NCBI RefSeq assembly: GCF_001194135.2
Contig: NC_068994.1
Span: 30,144,789 to 30,188,506, forward strand
Source: Octopus bimaculoides
Taxonomy: Eukaryota
Direction of reading: 5' to 3'
DNA length: 43,718 bases
The notes under the pieces were generated by a model. The model made no database searches. It had not been told where the DNA came from and was given only the letters and a program-made list of their open reading frames with translations. Below, piece by piece: positions 10,891 to 23,430 of this stretch (the first letter of the stretch is position 1; every line of letters starts with the position of its first letter). The translations under genes and the position numbers were made by a program.

Positions 10891-11132
10891 GAGTTTAAGT
10901 TTCTGTCTGCTGATCCACTCACAAAGCCTTTGTTAGCTTGGTACTGTAGTAGAAAACACATGTCCAAGGTGACACAGTGGAATTGAAACTGAAGCCACAT
11001 GGTTGGGAAACAAGTTTCAAAACGACACAGTTATTCCTACACCTGTAGTAAGGCTTCAAAAATTCTTAAAGGTGTGTGTGTGTGTGTGCATCCAAGTGTC
11101 AATATGAGTATTTTATAATAGTATGTATAGAG

Positions 11133-11164
<32 letters not shown>

Positions 11165-11639
11165 TCTCAAAATATCCGAGACATACCTATAAATGATATT
11201 AAAATCAGCTTTGCAGTGTGACCAACACTTATTATTAATGTTGTAAGTGTATTATATGTCAGTAGTTCATCTTTCTGCTCTTAATCTTTGTTTATCTCTA
11301 TCACTCTGTGTGTGTGCATGCGTGTGTGTGTGAAGGCAGGTATTTGATTCCTGAACTAGACGTTTTGCTGTGTCTTTGAGCAAGGTATTCCATTTAATAG
11401 TGCTTCAGTCTTTTCAACCGTAAATGAGTACCAGTGGAATGCTGATGCAGACCTCTCTCTTCCTCCAGCTGGTACAACCTTCATATTCTATAGGGTAAAA
11501 GCATGGCAGGGTTGAAAGGGTGCTTATGTCTTCTTGTAACTACAAAGGTACTTCAGACAGTTACTGAAAGTATGGCGCATGATGCCAAGTCATACTTCGA
11601 TGTGAGTGACAGCTATATATATTTATAGATAAATATATG

Positions 11640-11745
11640 AATTGATCAGATAGTAGAAGTAGTGAAGTGAGATAATAGATGTTTATTCCATTACTTGGCA
11701 GCTATTTTATAATCTGTGTTAGTTACTTAAGTGATGCTACATCAT
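11640..11745 (-). repeat. Dispersed repeat next to (TA)n, homologous to 15846-15950
   Basis: Minus strand TGATGTAG..ACTTAAGTAAC..ATTATAAAATAGCTGCCAAGTAATGGAATAAAC..CTTCAC..TATCTGATC aligns to 15851-15947. Confidence 0.7.
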
Positions 11746-11860
11746 TATATATATATATATNNNNNNNNNNNNNNNNNNNNNNNNNNNNNNNNNNNNNNNN
11801 NNNNNNNNNNNNNNNNNNNNNNNNNNNNNNNNNNNNNNNNNNNNNNNNNNNNNNNNNNNN

Positions 11861-12550
11861 ACCACAGTCTCCAGATGACTTCAGAATCTCCTGCAACTCT
11901 TCTGGATGGTTTCCTTGCTTAAGTTGATGAATGTTGCCATAATCCTTGCCTTCAATTCAAGGAGTTTTGTTGGTCTCTTGCTCAGCTGCACCCCACACAA
12001 TAACCAGGGTGGTTGCAGTCTGGGGAGTTAGATGGCCAGATATTAGGGGTGATGTGGTTGCAGAAATTGTCTGACAGCCATGACTGGATTCTCCTGCTTG
12101 TGTGGCATAGTGCAGAGTCCTGTTGCCAGACATAGTCTTTCAGCAGCCACCCTCTTGACCCAGAGCAGCACTATCTCCTCTAGGATGCTGTGTGGGAAAA
12201 TGAATGGAGGCATACCGTTGCCATCACTATTTATTACTCCAAACACCATGATGTTGATTGGATGTTTGATTGTTATTACTCTTGGTACATGTCCTCAGAT
12301 TGCACTGTCCTCAGATTGACACCCAAATACTCTGAAATGTTTATATAAGACCTTCTTGCGTGAATGCTAACCAATACTGCATGTCGTTTCCAAATTTCTG
12401 GCAGAGTGAATTGCATCATGGTGCTGTTTTTCTCACAGATGGTGCCCAACTAACCCTACTATAATGCATAGTCAACAAAATCAAAAACAAACAATGTGCA
12501 TATGTGAAATTAAAAATATAAAATGGCGACAATTTACCCATCGCACTCTG
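11861..12550 (-). mobile_element. Tc1/mariner-superfamily (maT/DD37D-like) transposase remnant with one terminus
   Basis: Minus-strand translation MVFGVINSDG..MPPFIFPH, then YVWQQDSALCHTSRRIQSWLSDNF..WPSNSPDCN..VWG; terminus TA|CAGAGTGCGATGGGTAAATTGTCGCC at 12550. Confidence 0.75.
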
Positions 12551-12564
12551 TATATACACACATG

Positions 12565-12598
<34 letters not shown>

Positions 12599-12919
12599 TA
12601 AGTATAATTTTGTGGTAACATAATGAATAGACTACACTTCCAAATATTTCATGGCAAGTTAAAACAACAGACTGCCCTAAATAGAGAATAATTTTATTAT
12701 GTAATCACAGACAATTGATGTATTTGCCTGATTTCAATCTTTACAAACACTAGAATTATCATATATGGAGTGCACTAATGAAGTGAGAACAGTAGATTAG
12801 AATGAATTAAAAAAAGAATTCTATAAGATAAATACAATTAAATAAAAAAAATAATGATAAAATAAGAAAAAAGTTATCATAAAGAAAAAAGTTATCATAA
12901 AGGTGCTTTGTGATAAGAT

Positions 12920-13045
12920 AACTGTGTGATAAGAAGCTTACTTCTCAGCCACAATAGTTCTGGGTTCAGTCCCGTCACATGGCACCTTGGCTATGTGTCT
13001 TCTATGTCTTTGGTCAACCAAAGCCTTGTGAATAGATCTGGTAAT
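12920..13045 (+). mobile_element. SINE family A, 5' part
   Basis: CTGTGTGATAAGAAGCTT..GTTCTGGGTTCAGTCCC..GGCACCTTGG..CAACCAAAGCCTTGTGA. Confidence 0.8.
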
Positions 13046-13131
13046 ATATATGAATACAAATATAAATACATGAAAGTCAATGAAGTTTGGTAAAAAAAGG
13101 TGATCATGTACATACTTTCTTGCTGTTGCGA

Positions 13132-13548
13132 TTAGAACACCTCTTTGTAAACAATATTCCTTGTTTTTCCTTGTGGAGCATATGCAAATAGGTTTGTTTT
13201 GCTTCCCACTCTTGAGCAGCCAACATACAGTTGTCCATGTGAGAAGCAGTGCTCTTCCAAGAGAAGACCAGCCACAGAGAGGGTTTGACCCTGAGATTTG
13301 TTAATGGACATGGCAAAAGTGACACGAAGGGGGAATTGCAGTCTTCTGAATGTAAAATGAATGTCTGCTCCTGATGGAGTAAGAGGAATTCTTGGAATAA
13401 AGACGTCATCACTTTCTCCACATCCAGAAAGAATGGTAGCCTCAGTAATGTGTGACATCATCTTCTTTATCCCTATGATTCGAATTTCATCCAAATTGCA
13501 TATGAGGGTTCTTTCCTTCTTTACACACCCTAAAAAAATTCTAATCAT
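13132..13548 (-). pseudogene. Helitron Pif1-like helicase, C-terminal fragment
   Basis: IPRIPL..FTFRRLQFPLRVTFAMSINKSQGQTL..CFSHGQLYVGCSRV correspond to Pif1/Helitron helicase motifs V-VI; the N-terminal part is missing. Confidence 0.9.
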
Positions 13549-14272
13549 GACACATGTATCCCATGCTACTGATATTTATGCGCACATTCCAAAATTCCAG
13601 TGTTATGGACCCTGTAAAAAGGATTTTGCTCCTGANNNNNNNNNNNNNNNNNNNNNNNNNNNNNNNNNNNNNNNNNNNNNNNNNNNNNNNNNNNNNNNNN
13701 NNNNNNNNNNNNNNNNNNNNNNNNNNNNNNNNNNNNNNNNNNNNNNNNNNNNNNNNNNNNNNNNNNNNNNNNNNNNNNNNNNNNNNNNNNNNNNNNNNNN
13801 NNNNNNNNNNNNNNNNNNNNNNNNNNNNNNNNNNNNNNNNNNNNNNNNNNNNNNNNNNNNNNNNNNNNNNNNNNNNNNNNNNNNNNNNNNNNNNNNNNNN
13901 NNNNNNNNNNNNNNNNNNNNNNNNNNNNNNNNNNNNNNNNNNNNNNNNNNNNNNNNNNNNNNNNNNNNNNNNNNNNNNNNNNNNNNNNNNNNNNNNNNNN
14001 NNNNNNNNNNNNNNNNNNNNNNNNNNNNNNNNNNNNNNNNNNNNNNNNNNNNNNNNNNNNNNNNNNNNNNNNNNNNNNNNNNNNNNNNNNNNNNNNNNNN
14101 NNNNNNNNNNNNNNNNNNNNNNNNNNNNNNNNNNNNNNNNNNNNNNNNNNNNNNNNNNNNNNNNNNNNNNNNNNNNNNNNNNNNNNNNNNNNNNNNNNNN
14201 NNNNNNNNNNNNNNNNNNNNNNNNNNNNNNNNNNNNNNNNNNNNNNNNNNNNNNNNNNNNNNNNNNNNNNNN

Positions 14273-14655
14273 ACCACATTGCAGAAATCACAATGTAAAT
14301 ATATCTGAAAGGATAGTCTTACACTGTTGTACCGTTGAATTACAAATAATGCTCATCTGTTATGTTCGGGTGACCCTATAGCTTCCAATAGTACAACTGT
14401 ATTCATCTTTGCTTAGGAAAAATGACTAAATTGTGGGTGTGAAGTGTCCATGATGGGGTCTTTGTAACTTCTAAGAAGAAATTTTAGAAATATTACTTTA
14501 TTTGTGTGTAATATGTATGGTTAAAATTTCATCAGCATCAAAAATATATGAATTTTCATGGGGGTTATGGTCGTTATGCATAGAATATAATTTCCAAATT
14601 TCATAAAGATCCATTCAGTACTTTTGACGTAGTTTTGGATCATAAAAAATTACTA
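14273..14655 (-). mobile_element. Helitron H1 internal fragment, co-oriented with the helicase fragment across the gap
   Basis: Reverse complement of about 1215-1715 (e.g. GCAGAAATCACAAT, GATCCATTCAGTACTTTTGAC). Confidence 0.8.
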
Positions 14656-14865
14656 GTGTGTGTGTTTGTGTGCATGTGTATGTGTGTATATATGTATAGA
14701 TACCTGTATGCATGTATATATGTGTACATATCACATGTACATCTATATATATACATCTACACATATGTATACATATACATGTATGCATATAGATCTAGAT
14801 CTATATATATATCTATACATATACGTGTACATATACATCTATATGTATACATGTATACATATACA

Positions 14866-14909
<44 letters not shown>

Positions 14910-14922
14910 CATCTATATATAT

Positions 14923-14953
<31 letters not shown>

Positions 14954-15693
14954 CATCTATATATATATACATGTATATGGATACATTTGTGCAGATATAT
15001 ATATGCATGTATGTATATATGTATGTATGCCTGTATATATGTGAGAGTATAGTTTCCCTGTAGTAGTCTCAGTATGAAAATAAAACCATTAAAGTGAAAG
15101 TCTCTGTCATTACGGTATCGAAATGTGATTGTTTCAGTTTTGGTACTGAAACAGTGGAATAGTTTCATTTTTGAAGTGATTGAATGAAATGTTTGACTGT
15201 CAATGTGAAAGTGACTTACACAGAGAAATTGTGTTGGAAAGTATGCATGTGTATGTATATGTGTGTATTTACGTAGGATTGGTATTGTGTCTGTTTCTTT
15301 TACTGTCAGTGTTTCTCCTTCCTTTCTTTTGTATTTGTTGTTGGATCGTTCGTAAAGGTTCATAAGAGAAAGTAGGAGCTGAAAGGATTTGTAAAGGTAG
15401 TAGAAAGAGGAAATTAGATTTTATTAGAGGGGAAAATGTTAATTTGCATAGTTTTATGGATTTTATTCGTAATTGGGAGTGATTTTGATGGAAAAAAATG
15501 ATGCTGTGACCTAAGTTATGGTATTTAGAATATTAAGTTATGGTATTTAGAATATTTATCCAAGAAATTTGGAATTGTGTAAATGTATGAATTTTAAACA
15601 TATACACACACACACAGAGAAAATCTGCTTTTTATAGATAAGATAAATAAATGGAGTTATACAAGAATTTGAATAACACCTGCATTTAACTCC

Positions 15694-15734
<41 letters not shown>

Positions 15735-15793
15735 TATATATATGTGTGTGTGTATGTATATACATGTATGTATATATATATATATATATGTAT

Positions 15794-15834
<41 letters not shown>

Positions 15835-15845
15835 TGTATACATGT

Positions 15846-15950
15846 AACAGTTGATGTAGTGTTACTTATGTAACCAACAAAATTATGAAACAGCTGTCAA
15901 CTAATGGAATAAACACTTATTTTCTGACTTCACTTCTCTTATCTGATCGA
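15846..15950 (+). repeat. Dispersed repeat with hammerhead-like 3' half, next to (TA)n
   Basis: AGTT..GTTAC-TTAT-GTAAC hairpin..GAAAC-AGCT-GTC-AACT then AATAAA at 15908; homologue at 11640-11745. Confidence 0.55.
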
Positions 15951-16119
15951 TTTTTATACATACTCTCCATTATGATTCCTGGATTTTCAGAATGATAGTG
16001 AGGTTACATCCTAGTGTTGACCATGATTTTTCTCAATAACCATGCACCAGGCAGGGAGTTTATTCAGAGCTCTTTTTGATTCTTTGAATCCTTCTCTCTC
16101 TCTCTCTCTCTGTACATAC

Positions 16120-16154
<35 letters not shown>

Positions 16155-16759
16155 CAATCATTTAATTATTCACTCTGTTGCTACTCAAAATTTCATGGAA
16201 TGTGTGCTTGTTGAATCACACAAATGGGGAAAGGGCCACAATGAGGTATTCTGAAAGAAAAATGGTGGATAAATAAAAAATAATTCACGGTATGTAGAAC
16301 ATCTTGAGGTAACAGTAAAAATAAAAGGTGAGTAAATAATTAAAAATATGGTAATGGTTGAAGTTTCAAGGCAATTAAGGTCTTAAGAAAGAACACAGTT
16401 ACATTTTAAGATGGTTTGGGTCAGTAACAAGTAAATAACAGGGACACTTCTTGATACTTAAACACACACACATTCACAAATACTCACACATCCCTTCTAA
16501 GAATCTTTGCCAAGTGAAAACAATGTATTCTTAGACATAGACACATGATACTGAATCTTGTAACCTGTTTCAATGTTTGATCAGTTAAAACATTTCTCAT
16601 AGAAACTGTACAAACTGAGTGAAAAATTAGTGGACAAAGTTCTTTTTATCTTCAGTATAAAGGTCTGAATTTGTAGTAGACTTAGAATTTAAGGGATCTG
16701 CATGATTATTGTAAATGAATATCATTAATTCACAATGTTCTGCAAAAACATGTCTTGTT

Positions 16760-16890
16760 ATAGAGATATATTACCTTGCTTGGAAACAGGTAAAGGTTGA
16801 CAAAAGAAATGGCATCTGGCTGTTGAAAATCTTCCTCAATCTTCTAAGCAATGCAACAGGCGAAAGTAGACGTTAAAACAACAACAACAA
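16760..16890 (+). mobile_element. Family D repeat
   Basis: TTACCTTGCTTGGAAACAGG..GGCATCTGGCTGTTGAAAATCT..AAAGTAGACGTTAAAACAACAAC. Confidence 0.6.
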
Positions 16891-16899
16891 TAATAACTA

Positions 16900-17296
<397 letters not shown>

Positions 17297-17619
17297 TTCA
17301 TAATAATAAAATTCAGTATCTGTAAGGAAATAGAATGGTTAAACTTTCCCTTGAGCATAAATTGCAAGGTTTCTTACTAACGGTGTAGTACTTAACCCAA
17401 GAAATTATTTTTCATTTAAGTGTATCATGAGTATTTTTCTCTTTCAACTTCCAAATGAATTTAGAGAGTAGCATTTCCTTTTTGCTCATTTATGTTCTAA
17501 AATATGTGAGTGTGGTTGTTGTATCGGCATATAAATGTGTTGATTTATTAGTGTAACATTACAGTGGAACCTGTACAACTGCTGCAGACACCCACTTTTG
17601 TCAGAGTTCTTATAAATTT

Positions 17620-18510
17620 AAGTACTCTCAATACAGCAAGAAAAAGTTTCATTTAAGTTGATGTTAGTGACATGATTGAGAGAGCATTGAGGTCTAATAT
17701 GAGGAGTTATGTTGATGAGGGTAACTCCTCATATTTGACCAGATCTATTATAGATAACAAAATTTCCAAAGATGAGATAGACCTGCTAAATTGGTGGACA
17801 GAGAAGATCAATTTGTATTAACTAAGCATAGAGGAGCACTCTACAAAGACTGTCCATGTCAACTGATATAGATGTACAAGGAATGAAATGTAAACTGATA
17901 AGGAAGATGCAATTAGAACCTGGAATGTGTAGAAGATACAGTTGTAGTGAATGAAGAATATAGAGATCTCTCTCATGAGAGCAATGAAATCCTAGATCAG
18001 GAAGATGTTAAAGAAAATGAAATACACAATAGAGATGTCAACACTGTTGCTTTAAAAGACAGGTAAGAATAAAATGGTGGCATATAAAATGAATGGATGT
18101 GTGGGATACAAAAGAAGGACAAACTTTCAGCATACAGTGAAAATCTTAAAGAAAAATGCTGTCATTTGTTGGATATATCTGAAAGAAAAAAAGAGAATGA
18201 AGATTCTGTCTAATGTTAACTGGAAGCATGTGGATCAATGGAGAGAAAGAAAACTCAAGAAAGTGTTGAAGTAGATGAATGGGAAATTGCAATTTTACTC
18301 ACTGTTGAGTAGTAAGAACAAGTAAAAGTAGTTGATACTAAATAAAAAAGATACAAACTATGAACAATCATAATGTAACCAGATCTGTGTCCTAACAAGA
18401 TGGGTGACAACTGAAAAATACAAATACTATAAGATAATGAAAGCCTGTCTTGTTATACATGGTTATAAGGAAGAGTCAAAATGATTTAAAAACAGATTCT
18501 CCAATATGCA
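17620..18510 (+). mobile_element. Highly decayed CR1/L2-like LINE reverse transcriptase remnant
   Basis: Ghost motifs appear in the expected order (YVDE resembling FADD, D.DLLNW, a DLG-like segment, a terminal F.NR-like segment); many stops and shifts. Confidence 0.35.
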
Positions 18511-19062
18511 ACTATAAAGATGTGTTGTTAGTTATGTTAACTACACCAATTATGAACTGGTGAGTGAAGGCTTTTAATTTTACATCAGCATATTTTTGTA
18601 GGATGATATACAAAAGAGAGAGGTGTTCCTTAAGCTCCCTTCTGACAGAACAGATTTTTTTTGTTATGAGAGAAGGGGTGGAAGAATAACTGTGAATAAC
18701 AGAGGGAAGAGTGTTGGGTGGAGGGAGAAAAGGAGAAATCAAGGGAGAGGAAAAGGGCAAAGAAAAATAACTAATGCAGACTGAACCACTGACCCATTGA
18801 TTAAGCATCTTTGACCAGGCCATATTAGAGCATGTTGTGATGAAATACAAATGTTTTTACACTTTAGATGATATGATGATGATGATGATGATGATCTTAA
18901 GAGACCTGAAATCCTCTTCCCTTAGACATGACAATAACCCCACCCACACCCTTATCATAAAATCTCAGTTGTACAGTGGGGTCTCTAAATACAAGCATAA
19001 TCTGTTCCGGACCATGTTTGCTAACCAAATTGTTTATTACATGAGTAATTGAAATGCATATA

Positions 19063-19986
19063 TGAAGGTTGGCTGAAAAGTTCATAGGCTGACCAAGATA
19101 CTCTCAAGAAGCTTTCATCCTGTTGGTCAAAAATGTTATCAACAGCGACTCTGAGTTCATCATCACTGTACTACTGGTTCCCAGCTAAGTGTCTTTTCAC
19201 GTTGGGGGAAGAGATGATAGCCAGATGGGGCCAAATCAGAAGAATAGGGAGGATGATCAACCAGTTCAAAGGCATAGTCCTGTATAGCAGCCATTGAAAC
19301 TAAGGACTTGTGTGCTGGAGCCTTGCCCTGGTGAAAAAGACCCTTTTCATCAGTTTTCCTGGGTGTTTGGTGATGATAGCCTGTTGTAATTGCTTCAACA
19401 AGTTAACATAGTACTCTCCATTGATGGCAGGGTCCTTTTGAAGATAGTCAGTAAACACAATACCTTTTGCATCCCAAAAAACAGGTCATCACCTTCCCTG
19501 TAGATGAAACAACCATGACTTTCTATGGACTAGTTGAAGAGGAGTGTTTCCACTTCATGAATTGTCTCTTTGTCTCTGGTTCAAAGTAATGAACGCAACA
19601 CTCATCTTGGGTCAGGAAATGGTCAAGGAAACCAGCTGGATATGCCTCAAACAATATCAGATTTTCCTATGGTATGATCAGCTTGGTGTGCTTTTGATCA
19701 GGTGTCAGAAGACATAGCACCTACTGAGCAGAAACCTTCAATCATGCCAAGTATCCTCAGCTCCCTCATGGTATATGCTAATAGTATTGGCTATTTGATT
19801 TATAGTCAATTGTCTGTCCTTCATCACTATGTGATGAACATGATTAATGTTTTCCTTGGCAGTTGCAGAACGTCCATACCTTGGGTCATCTTCAAGATTC
19901 TCCTTTCCCTTCCTAAATTCAGCTGCCCACTTTTGCATTGTTGATAAAAGCTGGAGCATCATCCCCTAATGTAGCAACCATGTCAG
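19063..19986 (-). mobile_element. Mariner (DD34D-type) transposon remnant
   Basis: TA|TGAAGGTTGGCTGAAAAGTTC terminus; minus-strand DMVATLGDDAP, WAAEFRKGKENLEDDPRYGR..DRQLT (HTH region) and DLAPSGYHLFPNVKRHLAG (YSPDLAPSD-like motif). Confidence 0.85.
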
Positions 19987-19998
19987 CTGATCTCTTAC

Positions 19999-20346
19999 TG
20001 TGGAGGGAACCTGGGCAAGAGATATACCCAGGAAGACATGGGAGGAGGTGGTGAAGTATGATCTTTTGGATGTTGGGTCACAGAGGCGATGACAAGTGAC
20101 TGTAGCCTTTGAGGATTTGCTGTGCTTGAGAAGACATGTCAAGCCAAGTGAGATCGTAGCTGTGGCCAGTGCTGGAGACATGTAAATAGCATCAACTACA
20201 CTCTATGAAGTGGTTGGTGGAGCATCTAGCCATCAAAATCAAGCCAAAACAGACTGGAACCTGGGGCAGCTCTCTGGCTTGCCAGCTCCAGTCAAACCAT
20301 CTAACCCATGCCAGCATGAAAAATAGATGCTAAATGGTGATGATGA
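19999..20346 (+). mobile_element. RTE LINE 3' end that truncates the mariner
   Basis: GTGGAGGGAACC..CCCAGGAAGACATGG..GCTGTGCTTGAGAAGAC..AACCCATGCCAGCATG..TGATGATGA tail. Confidence 0.8.
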
Positions 20347-21042
20347 ATACACTATAACATATACATGCAGTCAATATATCTGGTACACTATAATGACGGA
20401 TGTAAACTACATCAAGTGGGAGAATCTGTAGTATGCCATTACATAGTCTGCTAATGAAAGAGATAATTTGGAATGGATATTAAATCAACAGTTCCACCTG
20501 GCAATGTTGGGGGATGGTTTGTCCAGACTTTTCTTCTCTATATTATTCTACTTATGAATTGTATAAAAAAAAATAGACACAGTTACTGGAGCATTGGATA
20601 GATTACTTCATGGTATTTTCTTCAGCTCTCTGCGTTCAGAGTTCAAATCCTGCTGAGGACAGATTTGCCTTTTATCTTTTCAGGATCCAATCCTGAAAAG
20701 AGTACCAATCCTGAAAGAGTACCAATCCAACATGAATTGGCCAAACTGTAAGAACATCAAACTGGGTACCTTGTGATATTTGTTCCAACTTCTTGCATTC
20801 TGAGTTGAAATCCCACCAACGTCTACTTGGGTGATACACTTAACACATCACCCAGTTTAACACCACCACCTGACACCTGGGGTACCTTTTGTGGAGTTCA
20901 CTCTGTGGAAGTCCAGGTCTTTCTCCTTTCCACCAGTCTCAGAAACCTTCTAAAGGGTCATGGGTACTGCCTTCCCAACTGAAACACAAGTTACTCCACA
21001 ATTTTACTGACACAGACCGTCACTAGTTTCCTCAGATCCTTT

Positions 21043-21376
21043 TTTCTTTTTACTTGTTTCAGTCATTAGACTGCAGCTATGCTGGGGCACCACCTAGAAG
21101 AATTCCAGTTGAATGAATTGACTCCAGTACTTATTCCTTTTTGCTAAGTTACAGAGAGGTAAACACATCAACACTGGCCATCAAGTGATGGTGAAGGACT
21201 AACATATACTCATACACACATATGTATGAGTTTCTTTCAGTTTCTGTCTACTGAATCCACTCACAAGGCTTTGGTTGACTTGAGGCTATAGTAGAGGAAA
21301 GTGCCATGCAATGGGACTGAGCCCAGAACTATGTGGTTGATAAGCAAACTTCTTACCACACAGCCACACCTGTGCC
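21043..21376 (-). mobile_element. SINE family A, near full length
   Basis: Head GGCACAGGTGTGGCTGTGTGGTAAG (A-box like) and GGGCTCAGTCCC (B-box like) through to the GACTGAAACAAGTAAAAAG tail. Confidence 0.9.
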
Positions 21377-21397
21377 TATTGTTTACTTTATGAAATA

Positions 21398-22459
21398 CTA
21401 GCCGAATAGCCTGTCGTTGCCAGGCAATTTTTACAATAGAATGTCTTATATAAATTATCTATTCCATGTCAGAGCAAGTCTTCCCCAACAGATAGGCCTC
21501 TTGATCAGGACAGATTTGAGCAATTTTTCACCAAGAAACATTGTTGAGAATTTTTTTCCATTTTGAATTATTTACATGTCTGTTTAACTGTTTCACATGA
21601 CTTTACTCATTAAAACTTCAGAAGTTCTTATAACTTTGGTTGTCATAATGCTTTGCTTTCGTTTGTTTAAAAATTCCTCCTCTTAATGATTTTGCTTTCA
21701 TTTCATGATAGACAGCTATCATGCAGAAAATACCAGCTTCCAAATCCTGTTTTTTGGTTAGGTAAAATTGATTAAACTTTAAACCTCAGTAACATTTATC
21801 TGCAATTTTTCTGGAACAAATAACAAAATCGGATTTAACATGGAAAATTATTTCAATATACTAAATTTGAAAATTTTGATGCAGTTTTAGAATTTCACAA
21901 TGTGACAGCAACAGGGAAGATTCTACAAAACTAGGGAGAGAGACAGTTATATGATGCGACACACACACACACACATTTACAAACATACACACAGGTAATC
22001 ACAAAATGGTGTACAAAAGATGTATGTGTGTTTTTCTTTGCGATGGACAGCAGAAAAGCCACCTATCCACTCTCCTTAAAGTGACATATTCCTCACACCA
22101 ACCCTTCTGTGTGTTGTATCTATATATTTATGAAAGTGTGTATGCAGCGTTGTATATGACAGCTGTATTAATGTTACCAACCCATTGCCGCTGTTGTTCT
22201 TGCCTTCACTGATATAAGTCACCCTCTCTCTGCAACTACCTTTCCCTTAGACCAATACTTTTTGCAACCTTCTCATTTTATCATATAATTTTCCCAACAC
22301 CCCTGGTGGGCACATTATAGACTTTTATTGAAATCCAATTGGGTTATTATTGAACTGGATGTTAGTGTAACATATATGCAAAGTTTTGTGAATATTGGTT
22401 TGCTGGTTTAGGTACTAAGATGGTAACAGACAGACAGAAATTGCCATTTGAATATTAAA
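21398..22459 (-). mobile_element. Non-autonomous Helitron (family H3) with boundaries fixed by the paralogous empty site
   Basis: 3' GCCTG-GCAACGA-CAGGC hairpin then GGCTAG|T; 5' A|TTTAATATTC (TC decayed) followed by CTGTCTGTCTGT; the flanks rejoin to CAGCAAAATAA|TATTTCAT, as seen at 22619-22637; no TSD. Confidence 0.85.
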
Positions 22460-22649
22460 TTATTTTGCTGTTTTACTAGGATAGAATGAATTATGCCTAA
22501 AAAATCAGATCACTCTCATTCATCATCATCAACATTTAACAGGGACAAGACATTAAATGATGATGATGAAAGTGATCTGTGTTTTTTTTTGGTATAATTC
22601 ATTCTATCCTTGTAAAACAGCAAAATAATATTTCATAAAATAAACAATA

Positions 22650-22794
22650 GGCACAGGTGTGGCTGTGTGGTAAGAAGTTTTCTTATCAACCACATAGTTC
22701 TGTGCTCAGTCTCACTGCATGGCACTTTCCTCTACTATAGCCTCGGGCCAACCAGAGCCTTGTAAGTAGATTCGGTAGACAGAAACTGAAAGAA
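22650..22794 (+). mobile_element. SINE family A 5' part (duplicate of the 21043-21376 copy)
   Basis: Carries the same GGCACTTTCCTCTACTATAG deletion variant as the 21.3 kb copy. Confidence 0.9.
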
Positions 22795-23324
22795 GCATGA
22801 TAGTAAAAGAAGGTAGAGCACAGTTGAGAAAAACATTTAACCCCATTTCATTTAATGGTGGTAACCTCATGGATGGAAGGGTAATGAAGAGTTAGTGGGT
22901 TAGGATGAGAGCATCTTGTTCTGTTGTGGCTCGAAATACAGAGACCTTCATAAACAGCATCAATACTGGTGGGTATCAGTGTTACAAGCTAAGAGTGATA
23001 CAGTTAGGAAATACTATTACTACTGGGTTCTCCATTCAACAACTGATGAAAAGAGGTCCCACACCATAAGAGAGAATGTATGAAAATCTGTGGCAAAGTA
23101 GAAGGGATTCTTCCGTCTTGTTGAAGACCTTTTAGTACAACACAGATGAGTGTTTTTCTTTCTAGCAGTGTTTACTATATGATAAACTGCAATGAATGAA
23201 GAATAGTTGTGAAACCCATCAATGAAAAACAGATATAAAATTATGTTGATATAAACTGATCATCATAATAATTTCAATTATGGGTTGGACAATTTGGTAG
23301 GAACCAATTGGCTGAAGGACCATA

Positions 23325-23430
23325 TCTTGCTCCAGTGTCTCAGTTTTGGCATGGTTTGTATGGTTAGATGCCCTTCCTAAAACCAAAAGCTTTATTGAGT
23401 GTACAGAGTACTTTTTGCATGGCACCAGTA
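23325..23430 (-). mobile_element. RTE 3' UTR fragment
   Basis: TTTTGGCATGGTTT..GATGCCCTTCCTAA..CTTTTTGCATGGCACCAG. Confidence 0.65.

Larger units (their letters stand above)
21232..22794. repeat. Fold-back inverted duplication (13-nt spacer at 22540-22552) with a Helitron in the left arm
   Basis: 22460-22539 mirrors 22553-22629, and 21232-21397 mirrors 22630-22794, including non-SINE flank and a shared SINE deletion. Confidence 0.9.
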
